A DNA stretch of 64,000 bases, taken from the sequence record NC_041871.1; one strand, 5' to 3'. The notes beneath the pieces are model-generated. The model ran no database searches and was not told the DNA's origin. It worked only from the letters and a program-made list of their open reading frames with translations. Position numbers and translations under genes: made by a program. This document shows positions 52,761 through 62,785 of the stretch, in pieces. The stretch comes from Escherichia phage Murica. Position 1 is the first letter of the stretch. Each line of letters starts with the position of its first letter.

Positions 52761-55538
52761 TTAGTGACAATCACCCCAGTTCCGACCACACAAGTATTCA
52801 CCTGTGATCTGGAATGGAACGCCCATCATTTTAGAAGCTTGCCAGAAGCAATGCACCACCATTTCACCCACAGGGCTCCAGATAAGTTCAAGCTTTCCGT
52901 CATCGTTCAGGATAGGATCGTACACCGTGTTTCCGTCTCTGTCAACCACTTCGTTTCCGTTTTCATCCTTGCGTGCCTTTTTGTACTTATGACCGTCAAA
53001 CACATGAAGTTTGGCCTCCTGCTCTGCCTTAAATGCTTCCAATTCTTCAATTGTGTCGAAGGTGTACACAGTCTTATACTTAGGCGTGTCAGGGACCTGA
53101 AGTTGGTACTCATCATGGTAATAAATAATACGACGAACACCTTCATCGTACCACCCACGCTTCACCATTTGGTGGTGCATGAGTATCCCAACTAAGTCAC
53201 ACAACGATGCACCACCATTTTGTTGGTATGCATTAAGTAAAGAGTGTTTAGATCGGGTCCAGATAGCATGACCATCAAAAGAGTAGATAAACTTCTTACC
53301 CGTTGCTTCCCAGAATTTCTCCAGATCCTCTTTACGCCCTTTAAGACCAGGGTTGGCATCCCAAAGCGCATCGATTACCCTTTGCCCCAACTCTGGGGAG
53401 ATATCCAGCATGTCTGCAACTTTATCTTTTTGTGCCCCATACATAACCCCGTACGTGATAGGTTTACCGTCGTTACGAGACACCTCTCTACCTGCTACTT
53501 TCGTATATGCCTCAGCATTGTTTTGGTGGGCATCCCCGTTACTTACAACATCGTAATACAGGCCGTTGTCGAACTCAAAGGCACCCCAAGCCCCGATAAG
53601 CTGCTCTAAGTTGGACCCGTCAATACCGATCTCAAAGTATCCTGGAGGAACACCCCACAGACTGCGCATCTCTTTACCCATAACCACTTTAGGAGATGGT
53701 TTAGGCATGTTTGCACAAATACTGTGTTTCTGTCGGGAAGTGTTTGTTAATCCAGAACTTTTAGCAGGAAGCTTATGGTCAATCTTCAAACGTGGGTGAT
53801 TAAGAAGACCAGTATCAACCTTATCCTCCTTGATTGGATCAAGGACCGATCTGCGGTTTCGCAATGATAACCACAAGACAATATCTTTAGCCATCTCTCC
53901 GTTCAATTTTTCAAGATTTGGGCATAGGTGTCCAAACGTATCTTTCAGCTGCGGAGAAGTAATAAGTGCTCTGGCTTTTCTACGTATTTTCCCGAATACT
54001 TCCTTTTTAATCCTTTCGGAGTTAGGAAAGCTTCGGAACTTGTGCACGGTTGTCTGAAACTTAGCATCAGTTTTGTTCCAGAAGTTGATAATCAGGTCAC
54101 AATACTCTGACTCTAAAAGCTCGTCCATGTATGCATATACTCGTGCATCAACATCTGCATCAGGTAGAGCTTTCTTCTTGCTGTCTTTAGTTACATCCTT
54201 AGTTCTCCACATTGTCGGAAGCCAACCAGCACTGATCAGGTATCGCTTAATGTCGTCCTGATTGCTGATTTTCATAGGTATCTTGCAGTCCGGCATTCGC
54301 TTCTGCTGTAGATCACTTATTGCCTGATCCATCAGCTCTTTAGGTAAAGGTTGTGGTGTGGAAGTGCCCTTAATATAGCCTCTCAAGAAATCAGCCATCT
54401 TATCAGGGTCTTTGCAGCCCATCTCTTCACACCATTTTATCCCCATCTTGCTGACATCTCCTGTGGAGGTAAATGCTCGCTTAGGCGGGGCTTTGAACTC
54501 CAAAGCACTCATGTCCACAGGATAGCCAAGCTTATCTTTTAACCATTTCCAACCATTGTTGGAGATTGTCCCATCTTGGTTAAACGGCTTTTCAGGGAAC
54601 TTGGGCCGCTGAGACATTGACAGCTCTTTTAAAGGAAGTTGAGGTTCAACACGATCAGCGATTTCTTTCATCCACGCATCGCAACGGTCACGTAAAGCAA
54701 TAGCTCCATCTATGTCGAAGTATACACCCTGACGGGCCTGCAGCTCCATCAGGAAGTGCTGCAGCATGCCTCGGCGTAATGCGTTCTTCCAGGTGATTTT
54801 CTTGAACCCTTTCGGCTTCTCTTTGGCTGGATCGTACATAAAGTTCTGCATGTCAGATTTGCCGTAGAATACACCTTTTGATTCCGCTACCAGCTCTTTC
54901 CAGAGCAGCTCCTGGATGATAACGTCCTCGAATACACGATCCACATACTTCCACAACGGAAGATCGCGCCAGTCATCAATTTGAACTTTCTGGTTACCAA
55001 GGGCGTAGCCCCATGCCATAAGGCCGTGAGGACCAACAGGCTGCATTTTCTTAGTAACCGGGTTGAATACAGAGTCCGGACAACCTTTTGGTAAAGGGCG
55101 ATCAGGCCACAAGATTCTGCTCATCGCCAACGTATCAAACAGGTTAACCTGGTGGTCGTTGATAGTCCCCATGCATTTAGGATCACGGAACATATCAAAA
55201 TGAATACCGGATAATCTTTCCATCAGCATAAAGTCATAACTGTAGCAGTTATGGCAGTTCAAAGCTGTTGGTGACCAGTCGGAATTGCCTGTAAGCCAAC
55301 CTTCCAACTCCGAAAAATCTGCTATGCGAACTTCAAAATCTTTATGAAGAGTTTTCTTTGCCAGAATAAAGTTCTTAGCCTTCTCTATATCCTCTTCGGA
55401 GTAGTGTGTGCGGTCATTTAGAGGAAGGAACAGCATAAAACGGTTCTTATTCAGCTCTTTAAACAGGCCGCAGTGATAATAAAGATCTGGATCTTCCAGC
55501 AAACCGGATGACTCAAAGTCGAACGACCACATGCTCAT
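52761..55538 (-). CDS. family A DNA polymerase with 3'-5' exonuclease domain
   Basis: Exo I FDFESSGL; pol motif A EIGIDGSNLEQL, motif B RNDGKPITYGVMYG, motif C YYHDEYQ; AAGGAGA SD. Confidence 0.85.
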   Translation of the reverse strand: MSMWSFDFESSGLLEDPDLYYHCGLFKELNKNRFMLFLPLNDRTHYSEEDIEKAKNFILAKKTLHKDFEVRIADFSELEGWLTGNSDWSPTALNCHNCYSYDFMLMERLSGIHFDMFRDPKCMGTINDHQVNLFDTLAMSRILWPDRPLPKGCPDSVFNPVTKKMQPVGPHGLMAWGYALGNQKVQIDDWRDLPLWKYVDRVFEDVIIQELLWKELVAESKGVFYGKSDMQNFMYDPAKEKPKGFKKITWKNALRRGMLQHFLMELQARQGVYFDIDGAIALRDRCDAWMKEIADRVEPQLPLKELSMSQRPKFPEKPFNQDGTISNNGWKWLKDKLGYPVDMSALEFKAPPKRAFTSTGDVSKMGIKWCEEMGCKDPDKMADFLRGYIKGTSTPQPLPKELMDQAISDLQQKRMPDCKIPMKISNQDDIKRYLISAGWLPTMWRTKDVTKDSKKKALPDADVDARVYAYMDELLESEYCDLIINFWNKTDAKFQTTVHKFRSFPNSERIKKEVFGKIRRKARALITSPQLKDTFGHLCPNLEKLNGEMAKDIVLWLSLRNRRSVLDPIKEDKVDTGLLNHPRLKIDHKLPAKSSGLTNTSRQKHSICANMPKPSPKVVMGKEMRSLWGVPPGYFEIGIDGSNLEQLIGAWGAFEFDNGLYYDVVSNGDAHQNNAEAYTKVAGREVSRNDGKPITYGVMYGAQKDKVADMLDISPELGQRVIDALWDANPGLKGRKEDLEKFWEATGKKFIYSFDGHAIWTRSKHSLLNAYQQNGGASLCDLVGILMHHQMVKRGWYDEGVRRIIYYHDEYQLQVPDTPKYKTVYTFDTIEELEAFKAEQEAKLHVFDGHKYKKARKDENGNEVVDRDGNTVYDPILNDDGKLELIWSPVGEMVVHCFWQASKMMGVPFQITGEYLCGRNWGDCH

Positions 55539-55596
55539 ATACAGTTCTCCTTAAAGGGGAGGCGGTTGTACTACCCCTCCCACTCTTTGTTAAACA

Positions 55597-57675
55597 TTAA
55601 AAAGGTGTTTCATCATCCTCAAAACCAGGGACCGGATCAGAGGATGGATCATCGTATTGGAGGTCTTCCTGCGTGTCAATAGGCTTGACAGTGGGTGTTA
55701 CAACCTTATCAGCCACAACCTTGCCCATAGGTGTTTCTACAACTGCATGCTCCTGATCCTCAAACATAGCCTGAGGTCTCCAAACAACCTCCCCACCTTC
55801 TCCGTCTGTAAACATCTGCATTTCTTTGTCCCAGTACCAATTACTGGCATCATGGAACTTACCTGTATGCGGATCCATAACTAAAGTGTCAGCAATACCT
55901 AAAGTTTTTGCTGGACGGTTTTTAAGACCTACCAGACGGACACGTCCACGAGAACGATCCACCATTTCTTCGGCCTCGACACCTATGACTACCCAACTCA
56001 ACTGTTCAAGCCCAGCCGATCCTCGCAAATTCTCTTTTCGCACAGGATACCAGAAAGGTAATGGGTTACCATCCTTGTCCTTAGGGGGCACAATCTCTGT
56101 ACGTTTGAGGTGAGCGATCACCAAGATAAACACGTTAAACTGCTTACAAAACGCAGCCAGTTGGGTCATAGCCATGTCCAGTTCTTTTCGCTCATCCTTA
56201 ACATTAAGCCCTGAAATTACCATGGACAGGTGATCCAGCACAATATAACGACAATGGTACAGGCAAACCATTTGCTTAAGCTTGGTAATCAACTCGTCCA
56301 CTGGAATAGACCCGAAATGTTTGAACACTTTGATTTTTCCAGCTTTTGCCCATGATTGGTGAATCTCTGCGTGTTCTTGATCAGTTAAAAACTGGCTAGG
56401 ATCTTCAACAAACTCTTTAACATCAAACCCTAACTGGTTTGCATACAAGGAGTTAATTGCTTCCTCTGGGTCCTCCTCAAGATGAATCATGCATAGACGA
56501 TCATCCTCTTCATAGTCATCGGCCTTCGGGCATGTCGGGTCCATTAGGTATCTTGCAATACAGTGTTCCAGTTTTTTAGCCACGGTTGTTTTACCGCCGC
56601 CTGATGGACCTGTAAGCATTACAAGTGTCCCTTTGTGCAAGCCTTTTAGCATTTTTTGCAGTTTTGGGAACTCTGCACTGATATCTACCCCGTTGGAAGT
56701 CTTTTTCCGCAAAGACTCGATAGAGAAGTCTTCTAAATCCGACACAGCATCAGGCACATATTTAACAGGGTGCCGGAACATGTTGACAATATCTTCCAGC
56801 TTTTTAGCCTTCAGCATGTCTCGGATATCTTTTACACCGTCAGGGTCATTTACTTCACCAGGGTATTCTACGTGGTAAACGTTATCAGCCATCAAAAATG
56901 CTGCGATATTGTGCGTGGCCTCAACACCTTTAATGACGTGTTTTTGCTTCTCTACCTCGTTAGCTGCATCGTTATCCATTGCCAGCACAACTGTTCCATA
57001 GCTACGGATAAACTTCTCATTGTTTGCAAAAGTATCTACTGCGTTTGCACATCCACAGTTAATTCCAACAAAAGGCAGGCAGGGTTTTCCTGCCAGATCA
57101 CCACCGTTGATAACTGCGTCGATCCCGTCCTGGACCTCTTTAGCCCACTGCTTCACCTTTGCCGGGGCTTTAGCGTTGGTGAGAATCCCTTTTACTTGTA
57201 TCTGATATGCAGCCTGCCATGCTGCAATAACATCACCTTCTCCCTCACAAACGTTAATCTGCTTACGGTTGTTGGAAGATGCACACAGCTTTTGACCAAA
57301 CATCTGGGAGTTGGCCTTTACGATGCCAACAACGGAGAAATGGCCCCTTTGCTCTTTAGGAATAGTCCAGTCACGCTTTTTGAAACCAGACAGATTTCCG
57401 TAGCGGTCGTAATATGGGAAATATGTTGCAGTGACTGTCACACCGTCTTCTTGGGACAATGCTGATCGCACACCAAAATATTGTGCAGCCATCAGACCGA
57501 TATTTTGTTGTGGGACAGGGACAATTTTAGTATTTTCTAAAACAGTCTCTACAGTTTCAACTTCTTTTTCATCACGATAGTCTCGTTTCACACTTCCCCC
57601 ACTTTTATACTTAGTTGCTTTCGGGTTTGGCTCACCGAAACGGTTGTATGCAGATGCCATAAATTTACTTCCCAT
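55597..57675 (-). CDS. primase-helicase (TOPRIM + DnaB/gp4-type helicase)
   Basis: TOPRIM VCEGEGDVIAAW and LAMDNDAANE; Walker A LTGPSGGGKTT; Walker B YIVLDHLSM; C-terminal acidic tail ending EDDETPF; no N-terminal zinc finger. Confidence 0.8.
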   Translation of the reverse strand: MGSKFMASAYNRFGEPNPKATKYKSGGSVKRDYRDEKEVETVETVLENTKIVPVPQQNIGLMAAQYFGVRSALSQEDGVTVTATYFPYYDRYGNLSGFKKRDWTIPKEQRGHFSVVGIVKANSQMFGQKLCASSNNRKQINVCEGEGDVIAAWQAAYQIQVKGILTNAKAPAKVKQWAKEVQDGIDAVINGGDLAGKPCLPFVGINCGCANAVDTFANNEKFIRSYGTVVLAMDNDAANEVEKQKHVIKGVEATHNIAAFLMADNVYHVEYPGEVNDPDGVKDIRDMLKAKKLEDIVNMFRHPVKYVPDAVSDLEDFSIESLRKKTSNGVDISAEFPKLQKMLKGLHKGTLVMLTGPSGGGKTTVAKKLEHCIARYLMDPTCPKADDYEEDDRLCMIHLEEDPEEAINSLYANQLGFDVKEFVEDPSQFLTDQEHAEIHQSWAKAGKIKVFKHFGSIPVDELITKLKQMVCLYHCRYIVLDHLSMVISGLNVKDERKELDMAMTQLAAFCKQFNVFILVIAHLKRTEIVPPKDKDGNPLPFWYPVRKENLRGSAGLEQLSWVVIGVEAEEMVDRSRGRVRLVGLKNRPAKTLGIADTLVMDPHTGKFHDASNWYWDKEMQMFTDGEGGEVVWRPQAMFEDQEHAVVETPMGKVVADKVVTPTVKPIDTQEDLQYDDPSSDPVPGFEDDETPF

Positions 57676-58429
57676 TAATTCTGCTCCTTACTACAGGCTC
57701 GTTTGCTAAGAATACGGCTTTTGCCCAGCCACGTGGTGTGAGGCTTCGGATCATCTTCGTTCTTGCACTCTTTCCACCCAGCTTGGCGTGTTGCATGGAA
57801 TACCCGCTAACCGCGTCAACTATTTGCTGGACAGGTTTTGTGGCCGGGATTATAAATCCATTACCTATCCAGCCGCAAGTTATTTTTGGATAGGCATCAC
57901 GTGGAGCTATAAATTCAGGAAACCAGGGGTTTACATCATCCTCCGGTAAATACCCGCCATAGTCAGAAGGATGAAAACGGTAATCAGGTTTGCGCCACAG
58001 TGTGGACATAACACCAACAGGATTCTCTACATGCCACGGGCAATCGTAAATCTCTCCCAGCTCTTCCGCAACCCGAGCATCCTTTACAGCATTAATTTGG
58101 ATCAAAGGATCCTTAGCCAGCTTTTTCTTAAAATGTGCAGCACCTGATACCGCTAAATGCGTGCACGGAGGAAATGCAAGAACAAAGTCCGGAGCTGGGT
58201 ACATGCAGAAAGTTTCCTGAGGGAACCATGGATCAATCCAATAATCTACATAGTGAATATTTGGATGATCGGTGATCACCTCTGCATAACTGCCGTGGTC
58301 AGCACCTTCTGCGTTAAAGCACAGGCACAGATATCCAGCTTTTGCCCAGTCAATGACTGCACCGCCAGATCCGTCAAATAGACTCCACACAACACCTTTG
58401 TGGTAGTGTTCTTTATAGATAAATTTCAA
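57665..58429 (-). CDS. putative DNA (cytosine-5)-methyltransferase
   Basis: Motif I LFDGSGG, motif IV FPPCTHLAVSG, motif VI HVENPVG; TTG start 7 nt after GGAGA (track GTG 58459 lies in terminator). Confidence 0.6.
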   Translation of the reverse strand: MKFIYKEHYHKGVVWSLFDGSGGAVIDWAKAGYLCLCFNAEGADHGSYAEVITDHPNIHYVDYWIDPWFPQETFCMYPAPDFVLAFPPCTHLAVSGAAHFKKKLAKDPLIQINAVKDARVAEELGEIYDCPWHVENPVGVMSTLWRKPDYRFHPSDYGGYLPEDDVNPWFPEFIAPRDAYPKITCGWIGNGFIIPATKPVQQIVDAVSGYSMQHAKLGGKSARTKMIRSLTPRGWAKAVFLANEPVVRSRINGK

Positions 58430-58445
58430 TTTGCTGTCTCCTAAT

Positions 58446-58474
58446 GCAAAAAGCCCCACCCTTTCGGGCAGGGC
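58446..58474 (-). terminator. intrinsic terminator (repeated sequence, copy 2)
   Basis: GCCCCACCCTTTCGGGCAGGGC, one base different from 48319-48340; U-tract on - strand. Confidence 0.5.
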
Positions 58475-58480
58475 CTAGTG

Positions 58481-58963
58481 TTAAACCCGGATACCTATTG
58501 TATACTCGGTGGATACCAATGTCAAATCTAAATTTAAAATTTCTTGCATCTCATAGTATGCATCCAGGGTGAGATACATTTCCCCATCCTTTTCTACATA
58601 CTTGTCAAGGTGTTTGAGGCACTTTGGATAACTATTAAGGGCAGCCTTTAGGCACTCAAACTCTGTGCTGTTGATGAATCCTTCCATCTTGGCTACCCGT
58701 TCTGGGGTAACGATAGCACTGTAGTGAGATTTAGCTTCCTGAATGCAATGGGTCCAAGCATCAACTTTCTCTTCGAAAAGTCCGAAGAACTTCTTTTTGG
58801 TGAGCTTCAGATTCTTTAAGTGCTTAAGCACTCGGTTGCCGATCACAGATACATCACGAAACTTAAAGATCACTTTGTCAATATCCTCGCGGCCTATTTT
58901 TACAAAGCAAGCCTCGCACATTTCAGGAGAGGCATAACCTACTTTCCACATAAAATCTGACAT
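58481..58963 (-). CDS. hypothetical protein
   Basis: 160 codons. Confidence 0.5.
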   Translation of the reverse strand: MSDFMWKVGYASPEMCEACFVKIGREDIDKVIFKFRDVSVIGNRVLKHLKNLKLTKKKFFGLFEEKVDAWTHCIQEAKSHYSAIVTPERVAKMEGFINSTEFECLKAALNSYPKCLKHLDKYVEKDGEMYLTLDAYYEMQEILNLDLTLVSTEYTIGIRV

Positions 58964-58975
58964 AACACTCTCTCC

Positions 58976-59371
58976 TTATTCCTGAAAAGCAACGATATCA
59001 TATGCACTTACCAATGATTCCGGTGAAGAATGACTCCAGTCCAGGTTATCAGAGTATCCAGCGTGCTGTGCACCGCTACGTAGTTTGTATTTTACCCACT
59101 TACCTGGTGCAGGGTTTTCACCACCTTCCCATGCTTCCCAGTCTTCTGACAGGCCGTCCTGAGAGCAGTCATCCACTTCACTGATAATCTTAGGGTTTGG
59201 CACCAAGATCCCTGCAGGCTCCTCCTTCCGGATAAGTGTCCACACAGCGTAGGTGTCTGAGCAGGCGCATGATAGCAAAGTATATCCACTATTTAGAACT
59301 TCTGCAAGCTCTTGTTCAGCATCTTCCAATTTGGTTAAGTGGTATTGGATAATCTTCACACCTGTAATCAT
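58976..59371 (-). CDS. hypothetical protein
   Basis: 131 codons. Confidence 0.5.
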   Translation of the reverse strand: MITGVKIIQYHLTKLEDAEQELAEVLNSGYTLLSCACSDTYAVWTLIRKEEPAGILVPNPKIISEVDDCSQDGLSEDWEAWEGGENPAPGKWVKYKLRSGAQHAGYSDNLDWSHSSPESLVSAYDIVAFQE

Positions 59372-59715
59372 CAGAAACCTCCCACTTCTTCAGCAAATGC
59401 AGCTGCTGTCGTCGCTGCATCCAGATAGGACTCTAGTTCACGGGCTGCACGTTTGTAAATTGAGTGGCGCATATCGTTTGGCAATTGGTGGAAGTCCACC
59501 TCTTCACCGTTGTGGTAAACATGCACATCGGTAATTTGTCTAAATCCGTAATAGTCAACATCAGAATCACGGCACTCTGGGTCTGGCAACTGGACAACTG
59601 CCTGAGCTTCCACAGTGAACATATCGTCAAGTTCGAAATCGATTTCAAAAGTGTATGGTTTATAACATTTCATCATTTGATTGTACTCTTTATTGATCAG
59701 ACTTATCTTTCGCAA
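59371..59715 (-). CDS. hypothetical protein
   Basis: 114 codons. Confidence 0.5.
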   Translation of the reverse strand: MRKISLINKEYNQMMKCYKPYTFEIDFELDDMFTVEAQAVVQLPDPECRDSDVDYYGFRQITDVHVYHNGEEVDFHQLPNDMRHSIYKRAARELESYLDAATTAAAFAEEVGGF

Positions 59716-61015
59716 TTAAGGTCGGGGCAAGTTTGTAATAACGGAAGCCACCACCACCTTGCCAGTTTACAGACTTAGAAATACCACCTTGATCTTCACC
59801 ATCGATCACTTTTTCCAAGCGCGGAATAATATGGGTATGACAATGATCACCTAGCTCGATTGAGATCCAACGTCTTTTCATCTTGTGAGCTACAGCAGCA
59901 GTAGTTCCCGAACCACCGAATGAATCCAATACCAAATCGCCTTCTCGCGTACACATTTCGAAAATTCGCTTCAAAAGCGCTTCTGGTTTTTTCCCATTTT
60001 TGAAACTAACGCCGCCTTCATTTGCTATTCCATTCCAACTAATGTCTGTCCAAACATCAGTTATTAGTTCCGCAGGTTGCATATCACCGTCAATTTCCAA
60101 AAGCCTGTTGGAGTAAAAGACCATTTGCCTACCATTTACGATATAAAATCCTTCAACATCTTCATTTGGATGTACATAAACCTTATCCCTATCTTTCTTT
60201 GACTTCTCGATAGTTTCTTTTCTCTTTATTTTAGCACCACCGCCGATTGCAACAGATTGAAATACACGTTCTGCATTATCAATTGCGAATTGTGCTAATT
60301 CATCATCGAATGTATCAGGCAGTTTTTTCTTGGCCTCTTTTGCATCTTTATAGCCATTGGCCTTTGCAAACGCATCGGCAATACCGCACCACGTCCAATT
60401 TTTATAATGGTCATCCGGGTTTAATAGGTATTTGTTATATCCTGTATCATACCCTTTAGGTATATAGATTTTGTTAAGCGGTTTCTGGGTGCGATCTTTT
60501 GCATATACAAGCAAAAAGTTTGCTGTGGAGAAAACTGTGGCTCCTGTTGCCTTAAATCCCGAAGGGGAATTTGTGGTCATCGATATGGTATTTAACTGAT
60601 TTGCACGACCAAAAATCTCGTCCATCAAAACTTTTAAATACGCCATTTCGCAATCATCTAAGTGAACGAATATTACCCCATCATCACTTAGAAGATTACG
60701 AATTATTTCTAACCTATCCCTCATTAAGCCCAGCCAAATGGAATGCTCAAGGCTATCATCGTAGTGCTCAAAAGCCCTTCCAGTATTGAATGGTGGGTCT
60801 ATGTAAACACACTTCACTTTGCCTGCATACTCTTGCTCTAGCGCCTTCAATGCTAATAAGTTATCTCCAAAAATCAGTTTATTATCAAAAATATCGTTTT
60901 CAGTCACTTTCTGGCTGTGGTAAGACTTGCTAGAATCTTCTAACAAAATGTGCGGCTCTAACTTTTTGCGCTCGTTTTTACCTATCCAGGTTAGTTCTAA
61001 TTTGGTTTTACTCAT
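59690..61015 (-). CDS. DNA N4/N6 methyltransferase, type III Mod-like
   Basis: YIDPPFNTG (motif IV) precedes FGGSGTT (motif I); N-terminal ELTWIGK; AAGGAGAG SD. Confidence 0.75.
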   Translation of the reverse strand: MSKTKLELTWIGKNERKKLEPHILLEDSSKSYHSQKVTENDIFDNKLIFGDNLLALKALEQEYAGKVKCVYIDPPFNTGRAFEHYDDSLEHSIWLGLMRDRLEIIRNLLSDDGVIFVHLDDCEMAYLKVLMDEIFGRANQLNTISMTTNSPSGFKATGATVFSTANFLLVYAKDRTQKPLNKIYIPKGYDTGYNKYLLNPDDHYKNWTWCGIADAFAKANGYKDAKEAKKKLPDTFDDELAQFAIDNAERVFQSVAIGGGAKIKRKETIEKSKKDRDKVYVHPNEDVEGFYIVNGRQMVFYSNRLLEIDGDMQPAELITDVWTDISWNGIANEGGVSFKNGKKPEALLKRIFEMCTREGDLVLDSFGGSGTTAAVAHKMKRRWISIELGDHCHTHIIPRLEKVIDGEDQGGISKSVNWQGGGGFRYYKLAPTLIAKDKSDQ

Positions 61016-61076
61016 CGTTTGGTGCTCTCCTTAGTTTTTGTGGGGAGGAGTGCCTCCCCTTTATACTCACATCTTA

Positions 61077-61418
61077 CTACTCAAGGTCTTCAGAGTCAAG
61101 CTCAAAAAGAATCAAACTGTGCATACCTGCAGAGAGATTAACACACCCTGCAACAATAAGGGTTTGATAGTAAGGTTCAGCACCCTCGATGTCTTCGTTA
61201 AAATCCACAACAAGATAGTCACCTTTGTTAAAGGTGTATTTGTCCGATGTAAACGCAAAACCTGCCCAGTCCCCTACTGCAGGATCTTTATCAGTCACCT
61301 TTGTCAGCAGTAGATCTTTTTCACGAGATCTTTTAGTAAAATCGTGAATCACAACATCCTTCTCTTCAGGAGTTGGATTGCCACACACGTAGTTAACTAT
61401 ATTTCTCCACAAACTCAT
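61077..61418 (-). CDS. hypothetical protein
   Basis: 113 codons; stop coupled to helicase gene. Confidence 0.5.
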   Translation of the reverse strand: MSLWRNIVNYVCGNPTPEEKDVVIHDFTKRSREKDLLLTKVTDKDPAVGDWAGFAFTSDKYTFNKGDYLVVDFNEDIEGAEPYYQTLIVAGCVNLSAGMHSLILFELDSEDLE

Positions 61419-62785
61419 ACGTCCCCCTCTTCTGCTCTGGTTTCAAAATCTTTCCTGACAATTTTGTCTAAGTCAGGAAAGGTTGTATTGTAAAACTCTA
61501 CTACTCGCGGGTCAACAATAATGTCAACTTCTCTTAGTGGACGCAACAAGTTTATTCCTTGTATTGTCTTAACTCGACTCAAAGCAACATACGTCATCCC
61601 AGGAGAGAAAGCTCCGTTCTTTCCAAGGTCCAGGTTGTAACAATCTAGCGTAAGTCCTTGACTTTTATGAGATGTTACGGCGTACCCAGATTTCAGAGGG
61701 AGTTGCTTGTATGATCCAATCACTACCCTCTCTATAAACTTCTCCATCTTCCTTTCTGCAATGTTGTATCTCTGAGATGGCTTATACTCGTTATTCTCCC
61801 ACAACCTCTGCTCTATGTCAACCTGTGTTCCATCTTCAAGCTCTACCACCACCGCCTTGTTCTTAAATTTAACAATTGTGGCACGTGTTCCGTTGACATA
61901 ATAAGGTACTTTGTGCGTCGGGTCAACATCGTTGGCGGTTATCATAACTTTCATGCCAATTTTCAACTTCATCTCCTGCTCTACTGGCAGGGTGGAGGGA
62001 AACTTACCCTTCATTTCACCAGTGTATACCTTCTCTGGGGCGTTGATGGCATCATAGAACCTCCTGTTCACCTCTTCTGCTTGTTTGTTGGTGGCGCAAA
62101 TTGTGAGAGCATCGGTTGGTACACCACCTTTGTAACAGCGAGCATTAAGTTCTGCTACAACCTCTTTTATGCGACGACCCTCACGAACACAGTTGAGCAT
62201 TGTGGCAAATCGAATAGACTCCTGTCGGAACTGATCTATTAGGGCTATGTTGTGGAGGTCAAGCTCTTTCCAAGATTCGGTGTAGCAACACAGGTCCGTA
62301 TGGTAGAAGTTGAAGTAGGCTTCCTTCTCCATAGAAGAGACAACAGGAGGTGCCTGGTAAAAATCGCCAAACAATATGACCTGTATGCCTCCGAAAGGTT
62401 TGTCATTTTTTCGAAGGAAGCGGAGTTTCCTATCCATCTCTATAAACTTATCAGCACGGATCATAGAGATTTCATCGATAATTAGGATGGTAAATGCCTT
62501 GCTTTTCAAAGGCTTTGCTGTTTTTGCCCTTATTGCGGTCCAGTCCGACTCCATGCTCACACCTGCTGCAAGATCGAATGTTCGGTGTGCTGTTGCTCCA
62601 TTAACGTTTAAAGCGGCTACCCCTGTCGGGGCAACCGTTATGCAAGAGTCTCCATACATTGACTGGATCATGTTGATGAGATACGTCTTCCCACAACCTG
62701 CAGGTCCTGAAACGAAGACATTCTCACCGCTCATGATTGCAATGAGGGCAGCATCTGTGCCTACGTCATACTGCCCTTTTTCCAT
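61415..62785 (-). CDS. SF1 DNA helicase, Dda/RecD-like
   Basis: Walker A VSGPAGCGKTY, motif Ia VAPTGVAALNV, Walker B IIDEISM; GAGGAGG SD. Confidence 0.8.
   Translation of the reverse strand: MEKGQYDVGTDAALIAIMSGENVFVSGPAGCGKTYLINMIQSMYGDSCITVAPTGVAALNVNGATAHRTFDLAAGVSMESDWTAIRAKTAKPLKSKAFTILIIDEISMIRADKFIEMDRKLRFLRKNDKPFGGIQVILFGDFYQAPPVVSSMEKEAYFNFYHTDLCCYTESWKELDLHNIALIDQFRQESIRFATMLNCVREGRRIKEVVAELNARCYKGGVPTDALTICATNKQAEEVNRRFYDAINAPEKVYTGEMKGKFPSTLPVEQEMKLKIGMKVMITANDVDPTHKVPYYVNGTRATIVKFKNKAVVVELEDGTQVDIEQRLWENNEYKPSQRYNIAERKMEKFIERVVIGSYKQLPLKSGYAVTSHKSQGLTLDCYNLDLGKNGAFSPGMTYVALSRVKTIQGINLLRPLREVDIIVDPRVVEFYNTTFPDLDKIVRKDFETRAEEGDV

Noticed and set aside
52764-57465. + strand ORFs inside the polymerase and helicase genes (for example 52764-53195, 56770-57465)
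   Set aside because: Opposite strand of genes with full catalytic motif sets.
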